DNA of 58,340 nt, filler included, from Dirinaria sp. TL-2023a (taxonomy: Eukaryota): the NCBI GenBank assembly GCA_051941275.1. It is 7 parts of 7 records of this genome, joined end to end, with 100 filler letters (N's around TTAATTAATTAA, not from the genome) between each part and the next. Parts side by side here need not be neighbours in the genome. Positions count along the whole stretch, not along the records: positions 33,484 to 41,704 come from JAVEBF010001211.1; positions 41,805 to 50,023 come from JAVEBF010001212.1; 5 more parts are not named here. The stretch is one strand, 5' to 3'. Below the pieces are notes generated by a model. That model had not been told where the DNA came from and ran no database searches. It was given only the letters and a program-made list of their open reading frames with translations. The position numbers and the translations under genes are program-made. Below are positions 35,527-47,980 of the stretch, one piece after another (within the stretch, counting starts at the first letter, position 1; each line of letters opens with the position of its first letter).

Positions 35527-35849
35527 GTGCTATAGCAGCGTCATAATGTAATGTCGACTGACTGAGCAATCAATCAAACTTGGACTGGTGGGAGCGAGAA
35601 GGGAAAAGGAGAATTACCTTGGCTCTGGGTCCGGCTATTCTTCGGCTAAAGTTGTTGCCCTATGATGCCCCGTTCGAGCCTGTCCAGCGCAGGCTCCTAC
35701 TTCTTACGTGTGTGATACATGGAAATGCAAGTATCGTCCTTCGAATTCGGACAGACACATAGCTGGAAGCTCGCCAAGCTTTACTGAGAAGCAATCCAAT
35801 ACTGTACAATAGGAAGTAGTATCTCGAGCTGGTTCTGATATTCGCAATT

Positions 35850-36930
35850 ATGTCAGGTTTGTCCATCAATCAACCACTCGGGTCAGTCGCGGGCACGTTA
35901 GCTAACACACCCTCTTTCTCCATACAGGTAGTGCAGGTGCCGATAGGCACATTACTATCTTCTCAGATACAGGGAGACTGTATCAAGTTGGTCAGTTCTT
36001 CTGTCGGTTTCGCGGCTTGGGCAGTTTTCTTCTTCAAAAATTGCACCTACCGCTCCCTTGAGTCTACCGATAGCTGGCCCATGCTCTCTAGCTCGCCTCG
36101 AGAGCTGTGTTGACCTTATACTTTAATAGAATATGCTTTCAAAGCAATCACAGCAGCCAACATAACGTCTGTGGGAGTCAAAGGCAAGGGTTGCGCCGTT
36201 GTGCTTTCACAGAAAAAGGTTCCCGTAAGTTGAAGGGCTTTGCAGGCTGTGCCCGACGCCGGTTGACCATGAGCTCCAATAGGACAAACTCATCGATCCC
36301 TCGTCCGTGTCTTACGTCTTTAAAATCTCAGCGTCCGTTGGCTGCGTCATCACAGGGTCAATAGCGGATGCTCGTGCATCCGTAACAAGAGCAAGGAGCG
36401 AAGCAGCGGAGTTCAGGTATAAAAATGGTTACGAGATGCCATGCGATGTCTTGGCAAAGCGGTTGGCCAACATCAATCAGGTTTACACACAGAGGGTAAG
36501 GGGACGGGTGAGACTTGGCATAGCCCGCTGCTGAACGTTCCAGGCAAACATGCGCCCTCTGGGAGTTGCAAGCACTCTGATATCAGTCGACACGGAATTC
36601 GGTCCTCAGCTGTACAAATGCGATCCTGCGGGGTACTATGTCGGGTACAAAGCCACTGCGTCAGGGCCCAAACAGCAAGAAGCATTGAACCACCTTGAGA
36701 AGAAGCTGAAGAACAAGGATTGTGCTGAAGGAACATGGGAAGACGTGGTTGAACTGGGCATATCAACGCTGAGCACCGTGCTGAGTGTGGATTTCAAGAA
36801 GGGCGAACTCGAGGTGGGCATCGTGGGGGGACCACGTTCCGATGGCAAGGAAGGATCCGACCCGGGGTTTCGGGCGCTGACTGAGGATGAAATCGATGAG
36901 CGATTACAGGCTATTGCTGAGAAGGATTAG
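35850..36930 (+). CDS. SCL1: 20S proteasome subunit alpha-1 (alpha type-6); 4 introns
   Basis: Spliced sequence [34 protein letters not shown]...SQKKVPDKLIDP...[32 protein letters not shown]...MRPLG...[19 protein letters not shown]...[12 protein letters not shown]. Confidence 0.96.
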
Positions 36931-37926
36931 GGCAGAGGTAGTGGAGACGAAGAACAGGTGGGTGACACCTTCGCCAACTCACACCCTCAATCCTCATTGT
37001 GTTACTTATCGGATATAGACACGAGCTGTCAGCGGCTGGCATCCGGAGGACTGGACAGGACACAGCATAATGGACATGTTATTGAGTGGAGTGTTCAGCC
37101 TCTATCGCATGCAGTCATGGTAGTCTCGATTGGAATGGACTCAAGCTGTCCAGAGTTGATATCGTCTCTCAGTTGGCTGAGAGGGTCAGCGACCGTGCGC
37201 CACAGTGTGGTTCGAAGAAACTCAGACGTGATGACCGAAAGCCACAATTACAATTTTCCGCGTCTTCGTGTTGTGTGTGTCGAGTTGCAAGTCGTGACGG
37301 GTAGAGCGAGGTGGACAGTCACTAGCAACATCAGGCGGCTAACTTTAGGTGTCGATACGGAGAAGTGGTTCGAATTGGCCAATGGTAGGAGAAGAAGACC
37401 CTCTCAGCTTCCATGTGCTTTCGTTTCGAATTAAGCTTGCTGTCGGGTTATGGTATTGACGGTCCGCCGCGTTGGCTAAACCGCATTGCGACTGCACTCG
37501 CGCCAAGACCAGCCAGTTTGGCCCGTGGCGCTTCTTTCAGCGGGCTGAAGTCGCTTCAATTGCATCGGCTGAGTATCAATCTCTTCTTTCCTCCTAATCC
37601 GTCTCACTATCCTCACTTTCCAGCTTGCGAATTATGGAAATTCTTAGACGCTTTAGCATTTTGTCTTCAGACGCTGTCATACCTTCATGCCGTCACTCTT
37701 CCTACTCAATTGACCATGGCCAATCGATGCCCTTTCTTGGGTGTTACACCAATATAATGCCTCGTTGACTCTCCGTATAGTGATATCCTAGAGAGGCTGG
37801 GATCATTCTACTTCAAAAGCATGCCACGAGCCGTTAGGATGGCGAACAAACTTCGCAACGAACACGCCAATGCCTCGCATAGCAAGCAAAAGAGGCACAC
37901 AAGCCACACCAGCTTTCGCCAAGCCA

Positions 37927-38653
37927 ATGGCAGACGGACGCAAGTAACATCCATTGAGGCCGTGACGACTTGGCCACCACTTTCGTAGGACTCTGCTGAA
38001 TTTGTGCAGTCAATGAAGCGCGAGCGATGAGGATTGCCGAAGTTATGAACGACTACCACATGATACAACGCCGCATCTCTCAGTACCAGGTAGTTGCACC
38101 CCAGCAGGACTACTATGAAGAGGGCTACGTGATCCTACGCCAATGTGCCGCGGAAGCTCAAGCTGTGCTTGCCGCTCCCTACGACTATCAGTTGTTAGAC
38201 ATACCAAGGGGGCCAGGAGAAAACGAGAAGCGCCAATTGCAAAGGCAAGTTACCGAAATCGATAGCACCCTATGACCTTTTTGAGATCCTCTAGCTTACA
38301 ATGATTAGGATACTACTCGACGCAAGTGCGCGCCGTTTCCAGGCTCAGAAAATTTATCTCCGAGCAGCCGCCGCCATACGGTGGGTTAACACACGGAACA
38401 CTATCTTGCGAGGCCAAAGCCCCTCAAATGGTAACCTTCCGGCCCAACTACAGCAGGTCAATGGAGCATTAAGAAGCGTAAGCAATGCCCAAAGCAGTGG
38501 AGTGTCCCGCTCACCTTAGCCCCACAGGAACTCGCGCAGATCAACGACGAGCGGATTGTGACTGAATTCCGAAGAGCAGACGCGACAGCGGAGCACTACA
38601 TTTCCGAGGATCCCTCACTCTCAATTATCCTTAGCTGGATTCACTCCCACTGA
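37927..38653 (+). CDS. Hypothetical protein of a type I recall from filamentous ascomycetes; 3 introns, two with GC donors
   Basis: Spliced sequence MADGLNEARAMRIAEVMNDY...YYEEGYVILRQC...QLQRILLDASARRFQAQKIYLRAAAAIRWVNTRN...ELAQINDERIVTEFRRAD...EDPSLSIILSWIHSH*. Confidence 0.8.
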
Positions 38654-40293
38654 TCCTGAGGGCTCTACTTATGCTGGCCTTCGCTGTAGCCATCGGTCGC
38701 GAGCACTTCCACTCTCCATCGATCCTCTTCATTCCATCCCAAGATCACATCTTCCATTGTAATCTGTATCCTGTACAAGAAATGTTTAACATCCGGGGGG
38801 GTTTTAGGCGTTCTTCTGTACTAGCTCCCCAGTCATCGCAGCATCTCCCTCTTCCTTGAAGCTCCAGGGCCGGCCCTATAGAAGCTTCGCACCTTTTCAC
38901 AGCAGCAGGTCCTAATCAGGATATGATGGGAGGGGGAAAAGGTAAATCGCGGGAATTTGGATCATGGATTTGCATACAACCCAAATAGATCTCATTCAAT
39001 TTCATTTCCTCACCACTATTACAAAGTTTCTTGATCTTCCATCATCATACCACACATCCTGAGAATTAATCAAAGGAATGTGTCAGACTCCTTAGAAGCC
39101 CTCGCGATATTTTCTCAACTCAATTGAAACTCTACAGCCCGGCGCTCCTATAGAAGCTGTCCCGCTTTTGTTCCGTACAGGTAGGTGAATAATAATGAGG
39201 GGAAACTAGAGAGTTGCAGGAAGCTTGAATACAGCCTTCCTCCCCGAACCCCGAAACCTTGCTCGAAATTCGAATCAAAACTCCCTCCTTCCATTTCACT
39301 ACAGTACATGAAAGCACTATTCTTCCCATTTATTCACCTTCGAAACGGTATCAAATTTCAGCCCTGGCATCCACTTCTGGCGCTTGCTTATGTTGGTGGA
39401 ACCCTGCAGACGACACTTTGACGATTCAGCATGGATGCTATTATTATTGGTGTGTTGAAGGTCAATATCAGTCATAGGTATTTGGTGGGTTCCATTCCAT
39501 TTGCACCAAGTGCCTTGTTGGGCCTAGCGTCTAAGCCCTGGCCGCACACAAAATAGATTTCCCGTCTACATCATCTACATGCTGTACTTGGCACTTACTT
39601 CTTCCAGAAGAGTACAGTACTCATCCATCAACCCAATTCATTTGACGTACTGCTCCAAGTATTGCTCTTGCCCTAACATTTCAACCTGCCAAGTAGGAGC
39701 GAAAGTCTGTCTACTCATCATCCATGCATAGAGACGATTTGGTTGCTGCACGATATTTCGACATTGTCCCGAGGTGGGACACATTGCTTACCACATTGCA
39801 ACCGACGATGGGAGGTACGTGCCAGGCTATCCTTTCTTGCGCTGTTCGTGTAACGCTGTTGCCTACCTATTTCAGCCTCCTATGTTTTCTGTAAAGTGCA
39901 GTACCTCACCTACATGAAGAATGTCACCCTAGCACACCACCAAGTGACTGCCTCGGCGTTCTTGGGCGTCGTCTTGGCAGATATGTCAGGTGATATGTGG
40001 TGTGATTCTATAGCAAGGCTACAACTCAATCCCCATCCTCACCCACCTGGACTCCCACACTCGCGCTCCATGTAATGAACATAGTCTCCAGCTTAGAGAC
40101 GTCGTTCAAGAAAACCTTTTGATATCCTTTCTTGCTTCACAAGAATCCCCGCTTAAAGGCACAAGTGCTTGCTTCTTCGCAAATCACTTCGCTCTCTCAA
40201 GCACGGCTTACGTTGCCATTGCGTTAGTGATCTGAACAAAGAGAGAGAGAGGGGGAGAGAGAGCGCGCGTCTGTGCAGGATTCATAATCCTTA

Positions 40294-40803
40294 ATGGATC
40301 CAACAGAGTTGGACGGCAACGCGCACAGCGTTCAAAGTGCCAATGGAATGGCCATCGAGAAATCCATGAGATGCATCGACACCATCTATGAAATCCCGGT
40401 GGCGCATCGCAATTGGATCAAAAGCCAGTACAACTCCAATTCCCTCGCCCATAGTCTTTGGAAGAGCCATGATTCCACCCGTACCGGACCTATCGTTGTC
40501 GAAATCAACACACGCTTCGATGGGAAGTGGCAGAATGGCACCCGCTACACCATCGATTGTATGTTAGACGTCGATATTCCGCAACCCGATTCGGATCAAA
40601 GACCTCATCTGGGTTGGGAGGTCAAATTCAATGGCAACAGGAGGGGCCTTGGACATATATGGGTGCCGGAAGGGGTAATACAACTTGGGCGCCCAAAACC
40701 AGGAGTGGAGTTGCAAGTGTATGGTACTGGTGATATTAAGTTGAAGGATGATTTCCCGTGTGGTGGAAGTGTGCAGTGCATGGGCTCCTTTAGAAGATAT
40801 TAG
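40294..40803 (+). CDS. Hypothetical protein (169 aa, intronless)
   Basis: Isolated ORF with globular, protein-like composition; no family recognised. Confidence 0.55.
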   Translation: MDPTELDGNAHSVQSANGMAIEKSMRCIDTIYEIPVAHRNWIKSQYNSNSLAHSLWKSHDSTRTGPIVVEINTRFDGKWQNGTRYTIDCMLDVDIPQPDSDQRPHLGWEVKFNGNRRGLGHIWVPEGVIQLGRPKPGVELQVYGTGDIKLKDDFPCGGSVQCMGSFRRY

Positions 40804-41704
40804 GTCAAAGCCCCCCGAGACGGCAACAGAAGAATCGGACATTATTCTTACTCGACGATCTTTTCCTTATCAAAGGATCTTATACGCTACCAACTATGCT
40901 CCTTCGTTCGAGAGCGTTTGATACTACCTTCAGAGCCTAACTTCAACAAATCCTCAAGTCGCATCAGTGCCCGACAAATCCGTTTGACAGGTGGAAAGTT
41001 TGACGGGCGTTCGAGCAACAGCAGGCTGGATGACGCATCAATATTCATCGAACTTGTTACAGATTGACACGACTAACGGCAGCTAGATTAAATACGCCAT
41101 AAGCCAAATTAGGCTCCTGCACTGCTCTACTGAGTGCTCACTCGATTGCTCCTAAGTCTCTCTCCCTTTCCCTTTTCAAGATTTTCTTCTCTCCCAGTCA
41201 ACGAACGCTTTCAAAGCGACCTCTCCTTTTCCTTCGCAAACGAATCTCAAAGATACGTAATACCTTTGTAACACGTACACAGACCACAATCCACAATCGG
41301 TTAATATTCTTTCCTCCAATCCATCCTCTAGTCCAATCCATCCAAGTATCCGTCTCTCTCTCTAAATTTTTCCAATTCCATTTTCCTTCCCTTCGAAACT
41401 CCACGGCAAAAAGAAGGAGCCAATACACTCAATAAATGCCGTCGCTGCCGCTGTTGCGTCTTTACTCGATTCACCACATCCTCCTCCTGCTCCTTTTTCT
41501 TTTCTTTTTCTTTTTCTTTTTCTTTTTTTATTTTTGCCCCATCCAGTTCTAGAATTGTCTTGGATCTTTGCTCTGGCCAATGATGATGAGGAGGGGGAGG
41601 AGGGGGAGGAGGCTCCTTCCAAAGAATTTGTATATATGCATTTTTTGGTGCCTGGCTATGTTCTCCTTCTGCCGTGCTGCGGCGACAGATTTTATCTTCC
41701 ACCC

Positions 41705-41804
41705 NNNNNNNNNNNNNNNNNNNNNNNNNNNNNNNNNNNNNNNNNNNNTTAATTAATTAANNNNNNNNNNNNNNNNNNNNNNNNNNNNNNNNNNNNNNNN
41801 NNNN
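41705..41804. other. Artificial contig-joining linker
   Basis: N44-TTAATTAATTAA-N44. Confidence 0.99.
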
Positions 41805-42200
41805 AGGTACTACGGCAAGCAAGCAAACAGTTAGACAAACTTTTTTTTGGCATCGACCGGCGCCTCGCTCGCTCGCTCGCTGCGGGCTGATTACATTAAT
41901 ATACCCCTGTTTTGTTTGTGAAATGGAGGGAGTCTTCTTCTCATCATCTTCCTATATGATTGATAACCGCTCGGTGGTAGACGCTTGAAAAAAAAGCAGA
42001 CGGAGGGATGCAATCATTGTTCAAGTACTTTCGAATTCCGGGGTCCTCGTATCTTCTTCCGAAAATACCTACGTAGTGGTTGGTACGCCCTTTCCATTAC
42101 ATTTCATGCATGCCGCTCAAGAAACCGTCGAATCTTATTAAGAAAACAACCCCAAGTCCCTACCATCCTAATTTCCACCCCCCAAAAAAACGAGGAACGC

Positions 42201-44986
42201 TCAATCCCATGCATCGCCCCAATCGTCGTCGGCAGCTTCATCCTTCGGCTTCGTGTCAATAACGGCCGGCTTGGCTACATTCGACTTCGAGATCGTGGTG
42301 GTAGTAGCGACTTTCTTCACCCCAGCGCCTGACCCAACGCCACCCGTCGTCACCGTCCTTGTCGTTGCCGGCTTCGCAGATTTAGCTAGCCCCTTCGGCA
42401 GCGGTGGTTTTGACTTCGCTTTTGCCTGCGCACTGAGCCAGCCTTCAAAGTCGGGTTCGCCGCCATCATCGAAGCTGACCAGCGGAGGCGCGGGAGGGGG
42501 AGGCCGAGGCGCAGCAGAATCATCGGACGGCTCCGAGGGCGCATCGTGGAAAGGTTCGTCTTCCATTTCGCCCCATGCCTCGTCGAGCTCGTCGTCTTCG
42601 TTTTGGACCGTGCTGAAGAACTGGTCTGTGGGCGTGCGTGTCAGTTTCGGTGCGGTTACCCCGCCAACAGCTTGCCGGTGCAGATCCGATGCCGAGGCAG
42701 TCGAGCGAGAGGCGTTGAGAGGAGCAGGCGCGGATGTGGAGCGATTTCCGGTTGATGATGGCCGTGTCGGTGGGACGGGTTGGGTTTGCATTTCTCCGCT
42801 GGCGCTTCCTAGCTTGTTGGTGAAGGATGAGATGGCCCAGCCGGCCCATGTGGATTCGTTTTGAGGTGTAGACATTCGAGGAGCGGCGCCATTGGTGTTT
42901 GGTGGAGGGAGCACAGAGTCAGGCAGGGTATTGGCGTATTTCCGCGTTCGTTGCACATAGACGTCGAAGCATTTATTGGCTTGATCACGAACCAGTCTAA
43001 AGAAAGTCAGTGCGTCTATCCGGCTCCGTATGAAGATTAAGTATACTTTTCTTTATCAATGAGCGACGGGCACAGAGCCGGCAGTATTTTGATGGCGCAA
43101 TCTTCGTCATTGAAAAGATCTGAGGTTGCAGCTAGAGCAAGGAGTGCGGCGTTGCGAGCATGCACGAATGGATCTCTTAATGAGCGCGCAAAGGCCGCAG
43201 TAAGTACCTTTTGTCGAGTCTACAGACTATGTCAGCAGGTCAACAGGCAAAGACACGGCAGTGGAAGAGCATAATTTACGTTCGCACCAAGATTACGCGC
43301 TATTTTTCCGAGGCAGATGGTGGTATTCGTTCGAATTCCTGGCTGTTCATCATTTGCGGTCTTCGCGAGGTGCTTCAGTAGGTCGCCATTGATAGTTCGG
43401 TCAGATAATTTAGGAGCCACTGTCAGCACCGCTTTTACTGTCTGCTCTCGAACAATTGGCGCCACATCAGAGAACCCAGTAGTCTACAATGTCAGTATAT
43501 AGAAGGCGATGGTAGGCTCAGGCTGCTCACCATCTGTGGGAATATCTTGTCATTGACCACTTTCTGGCTTAAATGATCGATGATGCTGGGTAAGTTGTCA
43601 AGCAAGCAGACCCGAATCGCTCGGTCTGGATTCGTGAACAAGCGGATGATGACTGGAGTCACTTTGGCATCGAATTGTTCATCTGATAATTTACTGCCAA
43701 TTTTTACAATGGAGGACAGCACTCTCGGGCCTCCTCCACCGAATTCGACAGACTTGAGTAGCTCGGGAAGGACCTTCGCACTGAAATACTCTTCCGGAAA
43801 ATCATTCGATACCTCGTCAAGTTCGCTGAATGCTGGTTAGTAAAACGCTGTATCCACATCAGAGGACCAAGAAGCACCTGAGGAACTCATCTCGTTCATT
43901 TTCACTTTTAAGGCCAAGGTGCTCAAGCCCTTCTGAGAGCTTGATTAGGGGAGTCTCAAAGAATCCACCGCTTCGCCTGCCTTGATCTCTAAAATGAGCA
44001 ACACTGAGTCGCGCTTTAGGGTTGGTGTTCACAAGTCGCTTGTAGCTCTGATGCATACTTGGCGGGAGGTTCTTGGTCTGTCCGATCTGGTCGCTGTGGA
44101 TATTGCCTCCATTGAAGGCCTCGAAGATGAGCATTCCGAATCCGAACGAGTCTGCCGCAGATATTGGATGCCTTTTAATAGTCTCCCATCCAGACTTTGC
44201 TACTTCTGGGGCAGCATAGCGCCCTGAGTCTGGAACGAGACTTCCGTAAGTCTGGTTCTTGTTAGCCTCTACCAACGTGATGCGTCTGTCCGAGGAACCC
44301 ACATATATAATTGCGTCATCTTCTTTCATGGAGCTGAGGACCTCGAGACCACCAAGGCGCCATTCTCCGCTTTGACTTATGAAGACTGATGAGGTCCGGA
44401 CGTTGCCATGCACAGACAAAGCCTCCTCGTTTACAAACGCCAAGGTGTTCTAACCACATATTCAGCTTCTCAATATCCTCGCTTCTACATGTTCAGGACG
44501 CACAGCAATCGTGAAAAGGCCCCATTTTAATGTTTCCTCGCTCAGTACTTTCCTCCTCACGGGCCATTGCAGAGGTACCAGCCGTTCGGTGGCTACGTAG
44601 ATATATGTATCGGTCTGCACAGGTCACCAACGGGTCTCTTAAGGAGTCCGCACCCTTCCAAATAGGTACCTCAACAGTGTCCAGCACTTTTATCATTCCA
44701 GGATGTCTCAATGTTCGTAACTTTCGCACAGCATTTCTCGCCAACGGTAATCGTGACTTATTATCGAGAACGTCGAAAGTGAAGATACTGCAATCTGACT
44801 TATTTTCCTGTTCGAAAGCGTCAGCTATGATTACTCCACACTACTCGATCTCTCACCTACGCGCCTCACACCATTAAACAATTTCCAAATCGACTGGTCT
44901 AGAGTCACTTGATCCCCAAAAGTGTAGGGGAAAGGGGGACCTTTGACTTGATTGACAGCCGCAACGGCGGACTTGAGAAAGTCCAT
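42201..44986 (-). CDS. CEX1: SCY1-family pseudokinase with HEAT repeats (Cex1/SCYL1); multi-exon
   Basis: MDFLKSAVA, ARNAVRKLRTLRHPGMIKVLD, VHGNVRTSSVFISQSGEWRLGG, DRAIRVCLLDNL, DEQPGIRTNTTICLGKI, RSLRDPFVHARNAAL, WAGWAISSFT and C-terminal DDWGDAWD. Confidence 0.93.
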
Positions 44987-45969
44987 AGCTGCCCCTGCAC
45001 GAAGGAATTGGTGCACTCATAAACTCCCAAGTACGATTACATAGAGAGATAGATTGCATAGTGCTTGTAATCTAATCTACAGATTGTGCCACGGCCGGCA
45101 CAGCCACATTGTGGCGCACGCTCTTCTTTTCGTGAAATCAAATGCACCACTGAGTATATTTTACTTCTCAACTTCCCAAGGCCATTTCCATTAGTATGCC
45201 TTGGTAGTCCGCTCTCCCAAACATAGGTGTACCTGTGCATGAGCAGGATCTACCTTCAGGCCGAACGATGTTGGACATGCAGTATTTTGTGAAGTAAGCC
45301 AAATCTAGATTTCAGTCAATCCTGCGCTGTCTCTCTTTTTTTTCTCAATCAGTGTCGGTGATGAGAGAATTGGTAAAAGGTCTGACCGCAGTTCATCTTT
45401 CCGTGGTTTTGCTCCTTCCGTCTTGCGGGCTGTTCAGGGCTGGATATCCTATTTAACCCAGGATATAGCCATTTCTGGCATTTCATTCTTCGAGACATCT
45501 GCTTTCAACAAGTAGCAGAATGTTTCCTGTGACGAGGTGCATATCAACATCTACTGATGGCGCCACTTCTTGGGACCTCAATCACTGTCCGTATCTAGGG
45601 ATTGTCGTCAATGGCAGTGGCGTACAGAGTGGAGTGGCGAGATTATATACAGCATGGATATATCTAGGGTGACTGTGGATGCTGGCTCTTTCAGCACAGG
45701 GCAGAAAAGAGCATAGCCCAGAAAGATGGCAGGCTGAAGACCAATTTAAAACTGAAAAGACCTGAGACACAGTCTGCAAACATCACACGATTTCAATTTC
45801 TGATTCAAACAACTTTTCTGGTCAATCGAACCCATTGCTAATACAACTGGTCTAGGGTATACAGCAAATCTTCTGAACGTGCAAACGGCGGCTGTAAGCA
45901 TGCCGCGGGAATAATACAGGATCATGGACACGGGAGCTTTTCCAGATCTCCATGACATCATGGGTCTCA

Positions 45970-47539
45970 TCAATACATCTCCTTCTCTATAAGATGAACA
46001 TCCTCTGCTCGGTAATGGTCTGAGACTATCCTGTACAAATAGGAGGGAGCATGGCCACCCCTAAATATGGAATTAGCGGATTACATTTGGGGATAGGCAG
46101 GTCTGAATGTACATACAAGTTAGTGATGTAGAGATCGACGAGATCAGGAGGGACATAGTCATGCAAGGGATTTTCCACGTCGACCTTTTCAAGTAGCTCT
46201 CCATCCTCGTACGGGACGATCTTGCTGGTATCCCCATACTCGATAAATGCATCGATGTTAAAGGGATAAATCGGACTGAGTTTGTAAACGCCAGCGAGCA
46301 CCATGACGGGTACTTTGTGCGCGTTTGCGGCTTTGGCAATCAGTCTTGCTCCGGACGCTGTAACCAAACTTCCATTTGCGAGTACGGCATGAGTGCTCAG
46401 TATGACTTTGTTGACCCGAGGCATCAAGGCAAATATAGCCGAGTCGGGAACGAGTACAACAGTAATGCCAGCTGCGGTCAGAGATTTGTGTATGCGGTCG
46501 GGACCTGAACCACCAGCATCGCCTTTTGGGCTGCCCGCCACAGTTGCGTGCACGCTTTCATGGGCATTGGGGAAGGATTCTACGAATATAACGGTAAATT
46601 TTCTTTTGCCGGCAGCCTTTAACAGGAATTTCTGAACCGTGACCGAGGATGTGTGTGTAAGTATCACTTCGTTTGCGTATATATGATCCAAACCGTAGCC
46701 AGCGATTTGATCATCCACTGTATCAAGCTCCTCCATGATCTCTTCGATCGCTTCCCCCGCCTCGGCTCTAAGATCTCTTGTAGCATCTTCAAAGCTTTGG
46801 CTGGCGCTAATGGATGTGCCACTTGGTGATTGGCTACCAGGGGTCGCGGTTGGAGAAGATGCGTTTGATCTTGGATGTGACAGCAGACTAAACATACTCT
46901 TCAGGAGCGGCCTTTCAGTGTTGGCAGCAGAGGAGGCTTGCGAAGTCAGAGCAGGCCGAGCCAAGGAGTTACTCTCGCCACTGGACTCTACAAAGCCCAC
47001 ACCTTCCATAGACACGTCCGCAGATCTTAGTCCTTCTAGCATTAAGGGGCTGGAAGCCGCCAAAGCGGAAGACACGTTGTGGGACTCAAACGGTGGTCCT
47101 CGATTGCGTGCGAGCGTTGGTGGACGACCATCTGTAATTGTTTCGTTGGCATCGGCATCTCGATTCTCTTCTGCTTCGTCGCGTATCACTCCCAGAACTC
47201 GACGTACAATATTCCCAACAGCAAGCTCTTTAGGCTGAGCTAATACCAATTTTCGGCCCACATCCTGTACCCGTTTAATGATACTCGCCGCGTCTGTTAG
47301 TGGATACTGCTCCACGACCTGACGCATGAGTTGGGCTGTAGCAACGGCGCATGATCGAGAATTGCGGATTTGTCGGCGTTTAAGAAGACTGAATGGGTCA
47401 GCGCTCGCCTTCCTTCTACCGGTAATGGAAGGGGCGCTTACGATATCAGGTATTCAATGGAATAATCCACAGGCTTATCTCTGACGAAAGCCAAAAATGT
47501 GTGTAAGCCCGGGGTGCTTGACCCCATGGTGGAAGGCAT
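45970..47539 (-). CDS. GCD7: Translation initiation factor eIF2B beta subunit; 2 introns (alternative in-frame ATG at 47557)
   Basis: LLKRRQIRNSRSCAVATA, AQPKELAVGNIVRRVL, HIYANEVILTHTSSVTVQKFL, DSAIFALMPRVNKVIL, YKLSPIYP, DYVPPDLVDLYITNL|GGHAPSYLYRIVSDHY. Confidence 0.94.
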
Positions 47540-47980
47540 ATTGCTGGTCCTGGACATGCCTTTCAAGGTCTGAAGAATTGGCGTATGTAAGGGCGACTTT
47601 CTGAGAGGGTACGAGTACGAGTATTTTGTTCGATTGAGACATTGTGTGGGTTTGTACGAAAATTAGTGCTATGTGATCATTAGTTGCGGGCCATTTTCAA
47701 AGTGATGGTGACGCTCCTTGGAATAAGAACAAATAATAAAACAATAGATTCTCATTAAATATCGATCAATAAAAATTGCCCTGGAGAAATCACATGCAGT
47801 CATCAAAGCCCAAGCTTTCCCGCTCAGCCCTGCGCCTTGTCCGTCACCTGTCAGCAGTCGGTCACAGTATCTAAGTCAGCCACCTCAAAGCTTCGTCTTC
47901 CCGCAAACCGCAACATGTATCTACATTATGCTTCCGATATCAATACAATTATTCCTATAATAGCACCATGACACTCCATC

